Position numbers and translations under genes: made by a program. A stretch of DNA of 63,664 nucleotides, counting the filler, from Chiloscyllium plagiosum (lineage: Eukaryota): the NCBI RefSeq assembly GCF_004010195.1. It is 4 parts of one record of this genome, joined end to end, with 100 filler letters (N's around TTAATTAATTAA, not from the genome) between each part and the next. Parts side by side here need not be neighbours in the genome. Positions count along the whole stretch, not along the records: positions 58,979 to 63,664 come from NC_057712.1; 3 more parts are not named here. One strand, written 5' to 3'. Of the stretch, positions 62,830-63,664 are shown one piece after another. Numbering within the stretch: the first letter of the stretch is position 1; each line of letters begins with the position of its first letter. The notes below the pieces were generated by a model. That model had not been told where the DNA came from, searched no databases, and worked only from the letters and a program-made list of their open reading frames with translations.

Positions 62830-63200
62830 ACCTATTTGAAAGGTTATGTTGGAATATCTAAATTTAGATGCCTGTCCCTTGTTCCCATCCAGAAAATGCC
62901 CCTTTATCCCATCTTTGTTTTCTGTCCATACAAATACATTAACTGCAATGGCCTGTAATGCCATCTTATTAAATAGCTTAATCAAATGTCTTTTGAAATC
63001 TAAATATATTGCATCTACTGCTTTTGCTTTACTTATTCTACTTGCTACCTCCTCAAAGAACTCTAGTAAGTTTGATAGGCATGGTTTCCCCTTCATAAGC
63101 CCATGTTAACTCTACTTGACCATAATATTGCTAGTATTTCTAAATACTCTGCTATTATAGCTTTATAATAGACTCTGGCATTTCCCAATAACATTAACAT
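62830..63200 (-). mobile_element. CR1 RT fragment
   Basis: MKGKPCLSNLLEFFEEV..VDAIYLDF. Confidence 0.8.
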
Positions 63201-63469
63201 TTCTTGGATCCTTCCTTGCTATCACAAGGCTCATAGGCAATATGAGTCAATCCACAATACATCTGCTGATGCGAGATTCCAGCATCCGCAGTAATTTGCT
63301 TTTATACATCTGCTGATGTTCACCAAGGCAGCTATATTTAGCAGTTTCTTGTAGGGAAAGCAACTACAAAATAGTGAGTAAGCCTGTTCCTTTATGTTCC
63401 AGGATCCCCCATAGTCCAGGGAATTGATGGCAAGCATGTGGACTCCTTGTCATAATGCCATGGTCATCT

Positions 63470-63664
63470 TTGACCAATGTTCAGTAAGATTAGGGAGGGT
63501 GGTAAAAAAAGGAGGGGGGGTGGCATTGCTAATTAGAAATGGTATAACGGCTGCAGAAAGGCAGTTCGAGGGGGATCTGCCTTTGGAGGTAGTATGGGCT
63601 GAAGTCAGAAATAAAAAAGGAGCAGTCACCTTGTTGGGTGTTTACTATAGACCCCCCAATAGCA
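63470..63664 (+). mobile_element. CR1 endonuclease fragment running off the window
   Basis: ..GGGVALLIRNGITA..EVVWAEVRNKKGAVTLLGVYYRPPNS. Confidence 0.85.

Noticed and set aside
50343..63664. Search for the preceding LAMA2 exon (human ..AVNEKAIKLNETL..EDELV)
   Set aside because: No matching phase-compatible exon found by eye; probably outside the window or in a gap.

Overview
This is eukaryotic, repeat-rich vertebrate DNA, almost certainly from a shark (inferred from HE1/V-SINE, SacSINE1-like SINEs and elasmobranch-type CR1 and Penelope families). The only host gene is laminin alpha-2 (LAMA2) on the minus strand. Seven GT-AG exons (50342->30275, 1031 nt in total) splice in frame into the coiled-coil long-arm region. 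A candidate eighth, 6-nt micro-exon lies at 2267-2272 after a ~28 kb intron. The introns contain decayed and often nested transposons: CR1 LINEs, two Penelope-like (PLE) families whose pseudo-LTRs carry minimal hammerhead-ribozyme (HHR) cores, Tigger/pogo MITEs, PIF/Harbinger remnants, a probable solo LTR, SINEs and two minisatellites. There are five assembly gaps, three of them containing an artificial TTAATTAATTAA spacer. I see no CRISPR array, operon or new protein-coding system. The most interesting items are the candidate micro-exon, the HHR-bearing and TSD-flanked PLE mini/foldback elements (several sense to the LAMA2 pre-mRNA, one 23 nt from a splice donor), and a tandem two-HHR unit spaced 469 nt apart. 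Family names and human comparisons are from memory, not from database searches, and boundaries of old repeats are approximate.
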